Shown here: positions 49,661 through 58,681 of the stretch, in pieces
Position numbering within the stretch: position 1 is the first letter of the stretch
How the letters are laid out: every line of letters begins with the position of its first letter
The notes under the pieces: generated by a model
Told to the model about the DNA's origin: nothing
What the model saw: only the letters and a program-made list of their open reading frames with translations
The model's database searches: none
Program-made: the position numbers and the translations under genes
NCBI GenBank assembly: GCA_943788145.1
Contig: CALSPD010000007.1
Span: 30,587 to 94,586 of the forward strand
DNA: 64,000 bases
Source: an uncultured Flavobacteriales bacterium
GTDB lineage: Bacteria; Bacteroidota; Bacteroidia; Flavobacteriales_G; Salibacteraceae
Reading direction: 5' to 3'

Positions 49661-51433
49661 ATGCGCACACAAAACTGGCTCTTATTTTTTGCGATCCTAT
49701 CGCCATTTTTTGGGCATTCTCAATTCAACATTGGATACGAGCTCAGTAATACCATTCCTGTAATAAAAAATGGAGACAGCCTTTATTTACCTTGGGCGGG
49801 TGGACTTAACAATCCGCAGTTCAGTGCCATGAACTTCACCGGGGACGATGCCTTAGAGTTATTTGTTTTTGATCGAGATGGCGCACTGCGAAAAGGTTTT
49901 AAGTTTAATAATCAAACTGGAAAATATGAATGGGTGCATACGATTCCTGAAGATTCTATAGCATTTCATAAACATTTTCCAAAATTGGTGGATAGAGGAT
50001 TCTGTTTAATTCGCGATTTTGATGGCGATGGAAAAGGAGATGTTTTTACAACCCGAGATTACCAAAACATTGGAGTATTCAAGAACAACGGCAGCGTTGT
50101 TCCTTCATTCAGCTCCTTCTCTGAAGGGCTAATCACCAAAAATGGAGGTCAAACACATCCGATCCGAATTCTCGGCAATCAACTGCCTGTTATCGCTGAT
50201 TTGGACAATGATTCCGATCTAGACATTATGTTTTTCGGAGTAAACCTTTATGGGCAACCTTTCGGATGCAACACCTTCGCCACCTTCGAAAATCAGTCGG
50301 TTGAAGACTATGGTTCTAACGACAGTTTAAAATTCAAAGTTGCCGACCGATGTTGGGGCAAAATCACGCCTACATCTGGCACTCATCCAATCAGTAACTG
50401 GCGTGCATTTGATTGCGACACCACGTGTGCAAACGATGGTCAGCGTCATCAGGACGTTACAATGACGCAACAACTCCATGACATGAATGGCGATGGTGAA
50501 CTCGATTTGCTCATCACCTATGATCATAATGATGAGTTGTATTCAATGCCCAACACGTCCACTTCAGCCCATGGCACCATTGACGTAAATCAGATCGATT
50601 ATCAATTCCCATCGAATGATGTTCAGGTGGAAATGAATAATCAGCCCTATCCCTATTTCATCGATGTGGATTTGGATGGTGATGACGATATGTTGTTGGG
50701 TGCTAACCAACTTAACAACGCAAGCACCCTAGAGTATGACACGTCAAATGCCGTCATAGTCGATCAATTTTACAAGAACATAGGATCCAATAGCGCCCCA
50801 GAGTTTGTGTTAGAAAAGCGTGGGTATCTTTCAGGCGAGATGATCGATGTTGGGTTGCGTTCCTTTCCCACTTTAGCCGATTTGACAGGCGATGGCTTGC
50901 CCGATCTACTTGTCGGCAATATCGGCTACAACACCTTCAATGACGCCCTTTCTTCAGCAAGATTGAGTTTCTATAAAAATGTGGGGTCGCTCGGTAATCC
51001 CGCTTTTGAACTGATAAATGAAGATTACGCCAATGTCAGTCAGCTTAATCTCAGATTGGCTCACCCAGCCCTTGTCGACTTAGATAATGATGGCGATATT
51101 GATTTGATTGTTGGTGATCACACCGGTCACTTACAATATTTCAAAAACATAGGTCACCCGCTTTCCGCAAACTTTAGTCAGTTGACTCCTAACTTTAACC
51201 TAATCGATGCTGGAATAGAGGCTCACCCTCAATTTTTTGACTTAAACTCTGACGGATTGCTCGACCTAGTGGTAGGTAATGAAAATGGCACCGTACAATA
51301 TTTTGAAAATGTTGGTACTTCTTCCGCACCAGATTTTTCGAGCACGCCTACCATATCCAAGCTCGGTGCGATTAACGTTTACAACTCCCTTGATGGCAAA
51401 AACCATCCCTTATCTCACTCGAAAGCTGGATAG
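49661..51433 (+). CDS. FG-GAP/VCBS-repeat protein, N-terminal fragment (frameshifted)
   Basis: Signal peptide MRTQNWLLFFAILSPFFGHSQ. Repeats of the form D.D.DGD.DL.VG....G....YF.N.G. The frame is lost near 51,400. Confidence 0.8.
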   Translation: MRTQNWLLFFAILSPFFGHSQFNIGYELSNTIPVIKNGDSLYLPWAGGLNNPQFSAMNFTGDDALELFVFDRDGALRKGFKFNNQTGKYEWVHTIPEDSIAFHKHFPKLVDRGFCLIRDFDGDGKGDVFTTRDYQNIGVFKNNGSVVPSFSSFSEGLITKNGGQTHPIRILGNQLPVIADLDNDSDLDIMFFGVNLYGQPFGCNTFATFENQSVEDYGSNDSLKFKVADRCWGKITPTSGTHPISNWRAFDCDTTCANDGQRHQDVTMTQQLHDMNGDGELDLLITYDHNDELYSMPNTSTSAHGTIDVNQIDYQFPSNDVQVEMNNQPYPYFIDVDLDGDDDMLLGANQLNNASTLEYDTSNAVIVDQFYKNIGSNSAPEFVLEKRGYLSGEMIDVGLRSFPTLADLTGDGLPDLLVGNIGYNTFNDALSSARLSFYKNVGSLGNPAFELINEDYANVSQLNLRLAHPALVDLDNDGDIDLIVGDHTGHLQYFKNIGHPLSANFSQLTPNFNLIDAGIEAHPQFFDLNSDGLLDLVVGNENGTVQYFENVGTSSAPDFSSTPTISKLGAINVYNSLDGKNHPLSHSKAG

Positions 51434-51938
51434 CACAAACAATCTTTACCTCTTATTAGGAACAGGAAATGGGCGAATAAATATTTACGGACCGATCGCT
51501 AGTATAACCGACACATTTAATCTTGTTGACTCCATTGTTGTCGAGGCGAGTCAAACCTCGATCACAGGGGTGAATTTGATCAATGATTTCACAATCGAAC
51601 TGATCATTGGGCAGCGAACCGGTGGACTATATTTTATGGAGCGTAAAAAACTCATAAGCCTAGGCAATGAAGAGGTTAAATCTAAAATCAACCCTTCCAT
51701 TCAGCTCTACCCAAATCCAACCAAAGGAATGGTCGATCTAAAACTTCGTACTTATAGCGAAGTTGGTAAACTCATCATTACAGACCTTCAAGGGCGAAAC
51801 ATTCAATCAAAAGATCTACGTCCAAAGGCAGGATTCTTCATTGAGAATATTGACCTTCGCTCGTATCCGAGTGGGATATACCTCATTTCGGTTCAAGAAA
51901 ATGAAACGATAACGTGGGCAAAACTTATAAAAGAATAA
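51279..51938 (+). CDS. C-terminal fragment of the same FG-GAP/VCBS protein, carrying a type-A T9SS sorting domain
   Basis: Meaningful sequence begins near 51,400 (..YLTRKLDSTNNLYLLLGTGNGRINIY..). It ends with LYPNPTKGMVDL....DLQGRNI......GIYLISV, a Por secretion tail. Confidence 0.75.
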   Translation: MKMAPYNILKMLVLLPHQIFRARLPYPSSVRLTFTTPLMAKTIPYLTRKLDSTNNLYLLLGTGNGRINIYGPIASITDTFNLVDSIVVEASQTSITGVNLINDFTIELIIGQRTGGLYFMERKKLISLGNEEVKSKINPSIQLYPNPTKGMVDLKLRTYSEVGKLIITDLQGRNIQSKDLRPKAGFFIENIDLRSYPSGIYLISVQENETITWAKLIKE

Positions 51939-54130
51939 TTCTTGTTTTATTGTCCTGTTGGTCGTTCTCGGCTTTCGCTCAATTTAATCTAGGCTTTCAA
52001 GAGTCATTAAACCTCGATTTCTCTATAAATGGAGCGCTCCGATTGGCGACAGTTGGCGGATTTACGAACCCACAATTTTCTCCCATTGATTTAAATGCCG
52101 ATGGAAAAGATGATCTCTTTGTCTTTGATCGCTCGAACGATATCTGGCGCACCTTCCTTTACAACACATCGTCCAATAAATTTGATTATGCGCCATCTTA
52201 TGAGGCTAGTTTCCCAAACGACTTAGCCGAAATGGTGCTGTTGCGAGATTATGACTGCGATGGATTTCAAGATATTTTCGGTTATAGAAATGGTGGGTTT
52301 CAAGTATATAGAAACTCAGGTGCTAACCCTCCGACCTTTGAACTCATAACCCCTTCCTTGCAATCAGATTATGGGTCTATAACCACGAGCACGTTCATCC
52401 TTCCTGGCGATTTACCGGCTATTTTAGATGTGGATGGTGACGGTGATCTCGACCTTTTAGCATTTGGAAATGGCGACTCAGAAAACTCTATTGTGTGGCA
52501 TCAAAACCGATCGATGGAGGAATATGGATCATGCGACAGCCTAGAATTTAAAGTGGTGACGGAATGTTGGGGTGGATTTCAAGAACCCCCGAACGGAAGC
52601 AATTTAGAAGCCATTTCTTGTCGGCCTGTGTCCGCGCCAGTTTTGTCAACCCAGTTAGCATCTCGATTTCATCCCGGATCAACCATTTTCATGACTGACA
52701 TGGACGGAGACGATGATTACGATGTGGCATTGGGCGACATCCAAACAAAGACCATGATTTATGCACCAAACATCGGAGATCAAAATTCACCCGAAATTGA
52801 TGTAACCAGTCAAAACGCGAATTTTCCGAATGCCATCAACCCGATCAACTTTCAATACATGGCCGCTGGTTACGAAGTGGATGTAGATCAAAATGGAAAA
52901 TTAGACTTGATTGTTTCGAGCAACAACAACATTGATAGCTCTTGTAACGTTGGTCACATCTGGCATTATGCTAATAGTTTGGCCAATGGAAATTCGTATA
53001 CGCTAGTGACCAAATCCTTTCTACTGGAAGAAATGGTTGACCTTGGCACTGGAGCAGCACCTGTTCGTATGGACATTGATGGGGATGGATTGATCGATTT
53101 ATTGATTGCTAAGGATTTTCTTCGATCTCCCACAGATGCTACACGTAGCCGACTGCATTATTTTCGAAATACAGGAACTGCGACTTCCCCATCTTTCACG
53201 GAATTGGATGCTGATTTCGCTCAATTATCAAACTATAGTTTCAAAGCAGCAATGCCCGCTTTGGGCGATCTAGACAGTGATGGCGACCTTGATTTGTTGA
53301 TTGGAGATGCCGAAGGTCGACTGCATTATTTTCAAAACAATCCTTCAGGCGGAACGGCAAATTTCACCTTAGTTGGACCAAATTACATGGGCATAAACAG
53401 CATCGGTCAAAACGCAGCACCCGAAATAGCCGATGTGAACGAAGACGGTTTGTTGGACCTAATCGTGGGGGAACGATTGGGTATTATCTCCTACTTTGAA
53501 AATCAGGGTAGCGCTAGTTCGCCTTTATTTACGACATCGCCAACCCTATCGCCATTTGGCAATATTGACGTCAGCTATTATTGCTGTATTGGAAATGCTG
53601 TTCCCCGATTTAAAAAGGATCCAATTTTTGGCTCGGGTGCTTATCTTTTTGTTGGAAGCAGCGAGAAACAAATCAAAATTTATGAACTCGCTTCGAATCT
53701 TAACGATTCATTTCCATTGGTAGATTCTATTTCGATTTTGGCTGACAGAATTGTTCCTTGTTTTGGTGATTTCAACGCAGATGGCATCATCGATTTATTG
53801 ATTGGAACGGGCGAAGGTGGCTTGAAATTCTTTGATCGACCTGAGAATTATCCCGTTGGTTTAATCCCGTCACACAAAAGTGAGTCAACGACCAATTTTA
53901 AGGTTTATCCAAATCCCACATCGGGTTTAGTGACAATCGAAACTGGTGATCAATCAGGTGGTGCAATTCAAATCTATGATATGCAAGGAAGGATGGTTTT
54001 AGATCAAATGATTGTCAACCAATCCAATCGTATCGACTTATCTCATCTTCAATCAGGTGTTTTTTTAGTTCGGTTCATTACTAGCGAAAGCATTTCAACC
54101 GTTCGACTCCTGTTACAAACGACACGGTAG
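51914..54130 (+). CDS. FG-GAP/VCBS-repeat protein with type-A T9SS sorting domain (paralogue of the preceding gene)
   Basis: Signal peptide, repeats (GDLDSDGDLDLLIGDAEGRLHYFQN, DVNEDGLLDLIVGERLGIISYFENQG) and C-terminus VYPNPTSGLVTIE...IYDMQGRMV...GVFLVRF. GTG start overlaps the end of the preceding gene. Confidence 0.85.
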   Translation: MGKTYKRIILVLLSCWSFSAFAQFNLGFQESLNLDFSINGALRLATVGGFTNPQFSPIDLNADGKDDLFVFDRSNDIWRTFLYNTSSNKFDYAPSYEASFPNDLAEMVLLRDYDCDGFQDIFGYRNGGFQVYRNSGANPPTFELITPSLQSDYGSITTSTFILPGDLPAILDVDGDGDLDLLAFGNGDSENSIVWHQNRSMEEYGSCDSLEFKVVTECWGGFQEPPNGSNLEAISCRPVSAPVLSTQLASRFHPGSTIFMTDMDGDDDYDVALGDIQTKTMIYAPNIGDQNSPEIDVTSQNANFPNAINPINFQYMAAGYEVDVDQNGKLDLIVSSNNNIDSSCNVGHIWHYANSLANGNSYTLVTKSFLLEEMVDLGTGAAPVRMDIDGDGLIDLLIAKDFLRSPTDATRSRLHYFRNTGTATSPSFTELDADFAQLSNYSFKAAMPALGDLDSDGDLDLLIGDAEGRLHYFQNNPSGGTANFTLVGPNYMGINSIGQNAAPEIADVNEDGLLDLIVGERLGIISYFENQGSASSPLFTTSPTLSPFGNIDVSYYCCIGNAVPRFKKDPIFGSGAYLFVGSSEKQIKIYELASNLNDSFPLVDSISILADRIVPCFGDFNADGIIDLLIGTGEGGLKFFDRPENYPVGLIPSHKSESTTNFKVYPNPTSGLVTIETGDQSGGAIQIYDMQGRMVLDQMIVNQSNRIDLSHLQSGVFLVRFITSESISTVRLLLQTTR

Positions 54131-54198
54131 CAACGGACTGATTTCTTATCTCCAATGAGTAGATTACCTTCTAGACTTTTGCCTACGTTTGGCAACCA

Positions 54199-54894
54199 TT
54201 GCAGACCTTGAAAAATATTGATCTTGTCATTCCGGTTTTAAACCCCAATCATGGTTGGGCTGAGGCCACGCTGTCAAAAAAAAAATCATTTGAAAAAGCG
54301 CTTGAATGTCAAGTCCGCTTGATCATTTCGGACGATGGGTCGAAGTCTAAAACGGAATTTGATCTCCTGCATCAGCTCGACCCCACTAGCCTAATTGTGC
54401 GTTCGGAATCAAACAGAGGAAAAGGGCACTCACTCCGACTAGGAATCTCAAAGTCAGATGCTGATTTCTTGTTATTCACCGATGCCGACTTCCCTTATGA
54501 AATCGAAAGCATGGTGTCCATTGCTCGCTCACTTGAATCTGGAGCAGACGTATGTCTAGGCTACCGCGAGGAAGACTATTATGCAAGCGTCCCTTGGTTT
54601 AGAAAAGGCCTAAGCGAATCGTTTCGGTTTGTACTGAAGACAATATTGAAATTCCCCATAACTGATACACAATGTGGTTTGAAAGGAATGGGGAAAAAAG
54701 GGAAATCAATTTTCATGGAGACCAGAATCGATCGATTTTTGGTTGACATGGAATTCATCAAACTCGCTGTGAATCAAAATGCGAACATCAAACCGGTTGT
54801 GGTTTCGCTTCGACCCAACGTTCAATTTAGTTCAATGGGCGCAAGTGTTTTGATCCGAGAGTTTATCAATTTTTTACGCATTCTACTCATTTAA
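54199..54894 (+). CDS. Family 2 glycosyltransferase (small, 231 aa)
   Basis: DLVIPVLN..., SDDGS, and FTDADFPY (DxD region) typical of GT2. TTG start. Confidence 0.8.
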   Translation: MQTLKNIDLVIPVLNPNHGWAEATLSKKKSFEKALECQVRLIISDDGSKSKTEFDLLHQLDPTSLIVRSESNRGKGHSLRLGISKSDADFLLFTDADFPYEIESMVSIARSLESGADVCLGYREEDYYASVPWFRKGLSESFRFVLKTILKFPITDTQCGLKGMGKKGKSIFMETRIDRFLVDMEFIKLAVNQNANIKPVVVSLRPNVQFSSMGASVLIREFINFLRILLI

Positions 54895-54913
54895 CGGATT
54901 CGTGTTCGAATTT

Positions 54914-56062
54914 CTAAATCGGAATTCGAATGTTTGCTATGGTTCCTTTCAACTGGCCTTCTTCATAACTTACTTCTCCGTTTATGGCACTCGCCCGGCT
55001 AAAAATATTATTTAGTCCTATCCCACGCTTCTCTCTGCTTTCGCTTGCGTTAAAGCCTTTTCCATTGTCTTCCACATGAAGAATTATGTGTGTTTTGGTT
55101 TTATAAAGCTGCACAGCTACTTGTGAAGCCTGACTATGTTTGATGATTTTGTTTACGAGTTCTTGGCAAATTCGATATAGGCTGATTTCGATGTTTTTCG
55201 CGAAACGTTGTTCGCCTAAACCAAAATGTTCGAATTGATATTTGATTTGGGAAAAGTCCAGTGTTTTTCCCAACATATCTTCAATGGCCGATACTAAGCC
55301 CACTTCTAACAACACTCTAGGCATCATTTGATGACTGATTTGACGCGCCTCGTTCGCTGCGTCATCCACCATTCTAATGCGCGATTCATACTCAGACTTC
55401 ACTTCTCCTGCTAGCGTCAGTTTGCGACCAACACTTTGAAACCCCATTTTGATAGCCGCTAGTGTTTGAACCAAACCATCGTGCAAATCTTTGGCAATTC
55501 GCTGTCGCTCATCTTCTTGAGCATTCACAGTAGCGTCTAGCAATTCTTTTCGAAATTTCAATTCTGCATGATTCTTTTCTCGCTCAGCCTTTTGTCGGTT
55601 TTTAATAGTGAGGAAAATAGCGCCCCCGCCTATTAAAAAAACCAAGGCCAGGAGGGCGTAAATCCATTGATTTCGCTCTGCCAATTCTTTCTCTTTCTCC
55701 AACTTGATCAATTTCATTTCGGCTATTTCCCGCTCCTTTTCCTCCGATTGAAACTTGGTTTGCCACTTAGCTATCTCCTCTACTCTATCTCGAGCGGATA
55801 GGCTGTCGTTTAATTGCAAGGCACGTGCATACCAAAACCCCGCATCTGCATCCTTTTGTCGGAGTAAGTACTCAGCAAAATATTCAGCCACATCAACCAT
55901 TTCGTTTAAAACCCCAGTCGAATCGGCATAGCGAAACGCCTTTTCATAAGCTAGACGAATCGCTTGAGGTTGAGCCACCTCCTCACTAATTAATGCAAGC
56001 AACTTATAGCAATATCCAGCTTGAACAAGACTGCCGGTTGCCTGATAGGTTTTCAAGGCCAA
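54914..56062 (-). CDS. TPR-HisKA_3 sensor histidine kinase 1, C-terminal fragment (frameshifted)
   Basis: TPR region, coiled coil, one TM (WIYALLALVFLIGGGAIFLTI), H-box RQRIAKDLHDGLVQTL and HATPase_c (DNGKGF...GIGLNNI). The reading frame stays open upstream to about 56,227. Confidence 0.85.
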   Translation of the reverse strand: MALKTYQATGSLVQAGYCYKLLALISEEVAQPQAIRLAYEKAFRYADSTGVLNEMVDVAEYFAEYLLRQKDADAGFWYARALQLNDSLSARDRVEEIAKWQTKFQSEEKEREIAEMKLIKLEKEKELAERNQWIYALLALVFLIGGGAIFLTIKNRQKAEREKNHAELKFRKELLDATVNAQEDERQRIAKDLHDGLVQTLAAIKMGFQSVGRKLTLAGEVKSEYESRIRMVDDAANEARQISHQMMPRVLLEVGLVSAIEDMLGKTLDFSQIKYQFEHFGLGEQRFAKNIEISLYRICQELVNKIIKHSQASQVAVQLYKTKTHIILHVEDNGKGFNASESREKRGIGLNNIFSRASAINGEVSYEEGQLKGTIANIRIPI

Positions 56063-56136
56063 ATCAATATGATTCCGAGCTAAATCAAAGTGCTCCCTCT
56101 GATACTCGAGAATGCCAAAGTCTAGATTCAGATCGG

Positions 56137-56391
56137 CTAAATCATTTTCTGAAGAAACGGATTCAAGAGCGTCTTTCGCAAGATTAAAAAAGTAGGCACA
56201 CGAATCAAATAGTGAATGGCGACCGATTTAGCCCGGGCAGATTCTGCGAGAATAGCAGCTTCGCTCGGTTTTGATGTAAGCAGCTGCATAGCCTGTGCAT
56301 TTAGGCTATCAATTTCAGATTTACTTTGGGTGTGACCAATGCGGTTGAAAACACCAAGCAAAAGGATAACGATAAATATCCTGCTGGCCAT
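56137..56391 (-). CDS. Kinase 1, N-terminal fragment (signal peptide and first TPR)
   Basis: MASRIFIVILLLGVFNRIGHTQ...SKPSEAAILAESARAKS, then out-of-frame junk. Confidence 0.6.
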   Translation of the reverse strand: MASRIFIVILLLGVFNRIGHTQSKSEIDSLNAQAMQLLTSKPSEAAILAESARAKSVAIHYLIRVPTFLILRKTLLNPFLQKMI

Positions 56392-56397
56392 TTCAGT

Positions 56398-56721
56398 CTA
56401 CTTCTCGTTACCGACATGCTTTACCGGCATACTTACCTTTTTCTTTCCAACATTTTGACCTGTTGGCTCGTCAAAAATGAAAACCGTCAGGTCCGCACCC
56501 GTTGAGTCTTCCGAATAACGCGTATCATGTGGCTGGTTTGGATTGACCAAATGCGTGGCAGTATGGATGTGAATCGTGTAATTATAATGCGTATTCGAAT
56601 TTTCTCCTGGCGGAATAAAATCGTTGCTGATGTTAAATATTTGATATCCTGAAGGAAGGCTTAGACTAACTAAAACTTCACCTGCGGGACCTGCGGAAAA
56701 GATAGGGGCTATGTTTTGCAT
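56398..56721 (-). CDS. Small hypothetical protein (107 aa) embedded between sensor kinases
   Basis: MQNIAPIFSAGPAGEVLVSLSLPSGYQIFNISNDFIPPGENSNTHYNYTIHIHTATHLVNPNQPHDTRYSEDSTGADLTVFIFDEPTGQNVGKKKVSMPVKHVGNEK. No signal peptide or TM segment, and no family I recognise. It ends 6 nt before the kinase 1 start. Confidence 0.5.
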   Translation of the reverse strand: MQNIAPIFSAGPAGEVLVSLSLPSGYQIFNISNDFIPPGENSNTHYNYTIHIHTATHLVNPNQPHDTRYSEDSTGADLTVFIFDEPTGQNVGKKKVSMPVKHVGNEK

Positions 56722-56792
56722 GATTGATTGTTTAGGTGGTAAGCGAATGTAAAACACTCATTTGGAGTGTTCCCTACGTACTTTACCCCAAT

Positions 56793-58670
56793 TTAATCTA
56801 ACGGAACACGTACATTAGCTATTGTTTCATGCGGCTGTCCACCCTCATAGTTGACCTCGCCATTTACCGAGCTAGCTCGACTAAAAATATTGCTCAGCCC
56901 TATCCCCGATTGCTTCTCCTTTTCTTGGAATTTAAACCCTTCCCCATCGTCTTCAACATGAAGAATCAAGTGCGTTTTTGTCTTGTAAATTTGAATAACA
57001 CATGATTTGGCTTTGCTGTGTTTCAATATGTTGTTTACCAGCTCTTGAGCGATTCTGTACAGACCAATTTCTATGCTTTGTTTAAACCGTTCTTCTCCGA
57101 TTCCAAAATGCTCAAAATTGTATTCCATGGCCGACTGCCCTAAGGTTTTATGCAGCATATCATCCATAGCTATTACCAATCCCGACTCCATCAATGCTCG
57201 AGGCATCATTTGGTGGCTAATGCTGCGTGCCTCATTTGCGGCTTGATCGATTTGATCTAAATGATCTTGAAACAACATGCGCTTTTCACCTTCAATTCCC
57301 GCTTTGTTCAACACGTTTTGAACACCAAGCTTCAAAGCCGCTAAGGATTGCACCAAGCCGTCATGTAGGTCTTTTGCAATGCGCTGTCGTTCTTTTTCCT
57401 CTGCAATTACCGTAGAATCGAGCAGATTCTTTCTGAATGATAATTCTTGATCTACTAGAAGCGCTTCGGCTCTCTTTCTTCGTTGATAGATGAAAAAGGC
57501 ACCTCCGCCCAGAACGAGAATTAAACCTGACACTAAACTCAGTATCAAATTCTTTTGGTTGGAAATTGCAAGATCGGATGCTACTTGTTCTTCACTCAAC
57601 TGGGCTATTTCTCGTTCTTTCTTTTCCGTTTCATATTTCACCTCAAGTTCCTGAAACTGTTCCAATTTATTTTCATCATAGATTGAATCATTTAAAACTC
57701 GAAACAATTTGTAGTTGGCCAAAGCCGATGCATAATTTCCTTCCAACTCAAACGAACGAGAAAGGACTTCATAGATTCTGCGCTCTAGATGCTTTGCTTT
57801 TAAAGATTTGGAAAGCACAAGGGCGCTGTCCAAATGAGCACGCGCCCTTTTATGTATGCCAAGATCGGTTAGCGCGTTTCCCAGATTGGTGTGCGAATAA
57901 ATTTGCCCATAAGCATCTTCTGTCCTTTTGTCAACTGCAAGCGCTTTCGAAAAATAGCTAGCTGCTTTATCGAATTGATTACGCCTCGCATGTATCTCCC
58001 CGAGGTTACTCAGTGAAACAGCTTGAGCTTGGAGTAAATCATGCGTTACACTCAGCGCGTAGGCTTTGGAGTAGTACAGAAGCGCTGAATCCAGTTGGTC
58101 TTGGGCATCAAAAATGGTCCCTATGTTATTCAAAAGCATGGCCTGGCCATTTGTGTTTTCAGTTTTCACGGCTAGTTCATAGGCTCTCTTGTAGTATTCA
58201 TTAGCTTTTTCGTAGGACTCCATGGACTTGTAAATAATGCCCACATCATTGCAAACTGTCGCCAAAAAGCCAAAAGCTTCATGTGCTTCAAATATGCTCA
58301 TCGCCTTTAACTGATGGGCCAGCGCCTGCTCATAGTTGGCCCTATTCTTTTCGATTACTCCGAGCACTTGAAAGCAACTCGCTTGCTCAATCTCATGACC
58401 GTCACGTTGAAAAAGGGCCAGCGCTTCATTCAACCAAATGACACATGAATCGGGTTTATTTCGATAAAGCCGCTTGCACAACATGGTGGTGTAAGCACCT
58501 TTCAGCGAATCGTTTTCTGAATTTCGTATTAATCTGCGAAGGCTATCTACTTCGTTAGTGGCACAACGTCCTGAAGCTATAGTCGCAAATAGAAATATGG
58601 CTAAAATGAAAGGTCTCAAGGTGTAGGGTGTTGATTCGAAAACGAATTTAACACTCCCGAAGGGAGGCAT
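56793..58670 (-). CDS. TPR-HisKA_3 sensor histidine kinase 2 (intact)
   Basis: 625 aa with an N-terminal hydrophobic leader, multiple TPRs, coiled coil, one TM, H-box RQRIAKDLHDGLVQSL and HATPase_c. Confidence 0.9.
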   Translation of the reverse strand: MPPFGSVKFVFESTPYTLRPFILAIFLFATIASGRCATNEVDSLRRLIRNSENDSLKGAYTTMLCKRLYRNKPDSCVIWLNEALALFQRDGHEIEQASCFQVLGVIEKNRANYEQALAHQLKAMSIFEAHEAFGFLATVCNDVGIIYKSMESYEKANEYYKRAYELAVKTENTNGQAMLLNNIGTIFDAQDQLDSALLYYSKAYALSVTHDLLQAQAVSLSNLGEIHARRNQFDKAASYFSKALAVDKRTEDAYGQIYSHTNLGNALTDLGIHKRARAHLDSALVLSKSLKAKHLERRIYEVLSRSFELEGNYASALANYKLFRVLNDSIYDENKLEQFQELEVKYETEKKEREIAQLSEEQVASDLAISNQKNLILSLVSGLILVLGGGAFFIYQRRKRAEALLVDQELSFRKNLLDSTVIAEEKERQRIAKDLHDGLVQSLAALKLGVQNVLNKAGIEGEKRMLFQDHLDQIDQAANEARSISHQMMPRALMESGLVIAMDDMLHKTLGQSAMEYNFEHFGIGEERFKQSIEIGLYRIAQELVNNILKHSKAKSCVIQIYKTKTHLILHVEDDGEGFKFQEKEKQSGIGLSNIFSRASSVNGEVNYEGGQPHETIANVRVPLD

Positions 58671-58681
58671 AGCTACGTTGA

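Noticed and set aside
56753-56771. Hairpin AACACTC-N5-GAGTGTT between kinase 2 and the small ORF as an intrinsic terminator
   Set aside because: The stem is only 7 bp and the following U-tract is only 2-4 nt. That is too weak to call a terminator, and co-transcription of the array remains more likely.
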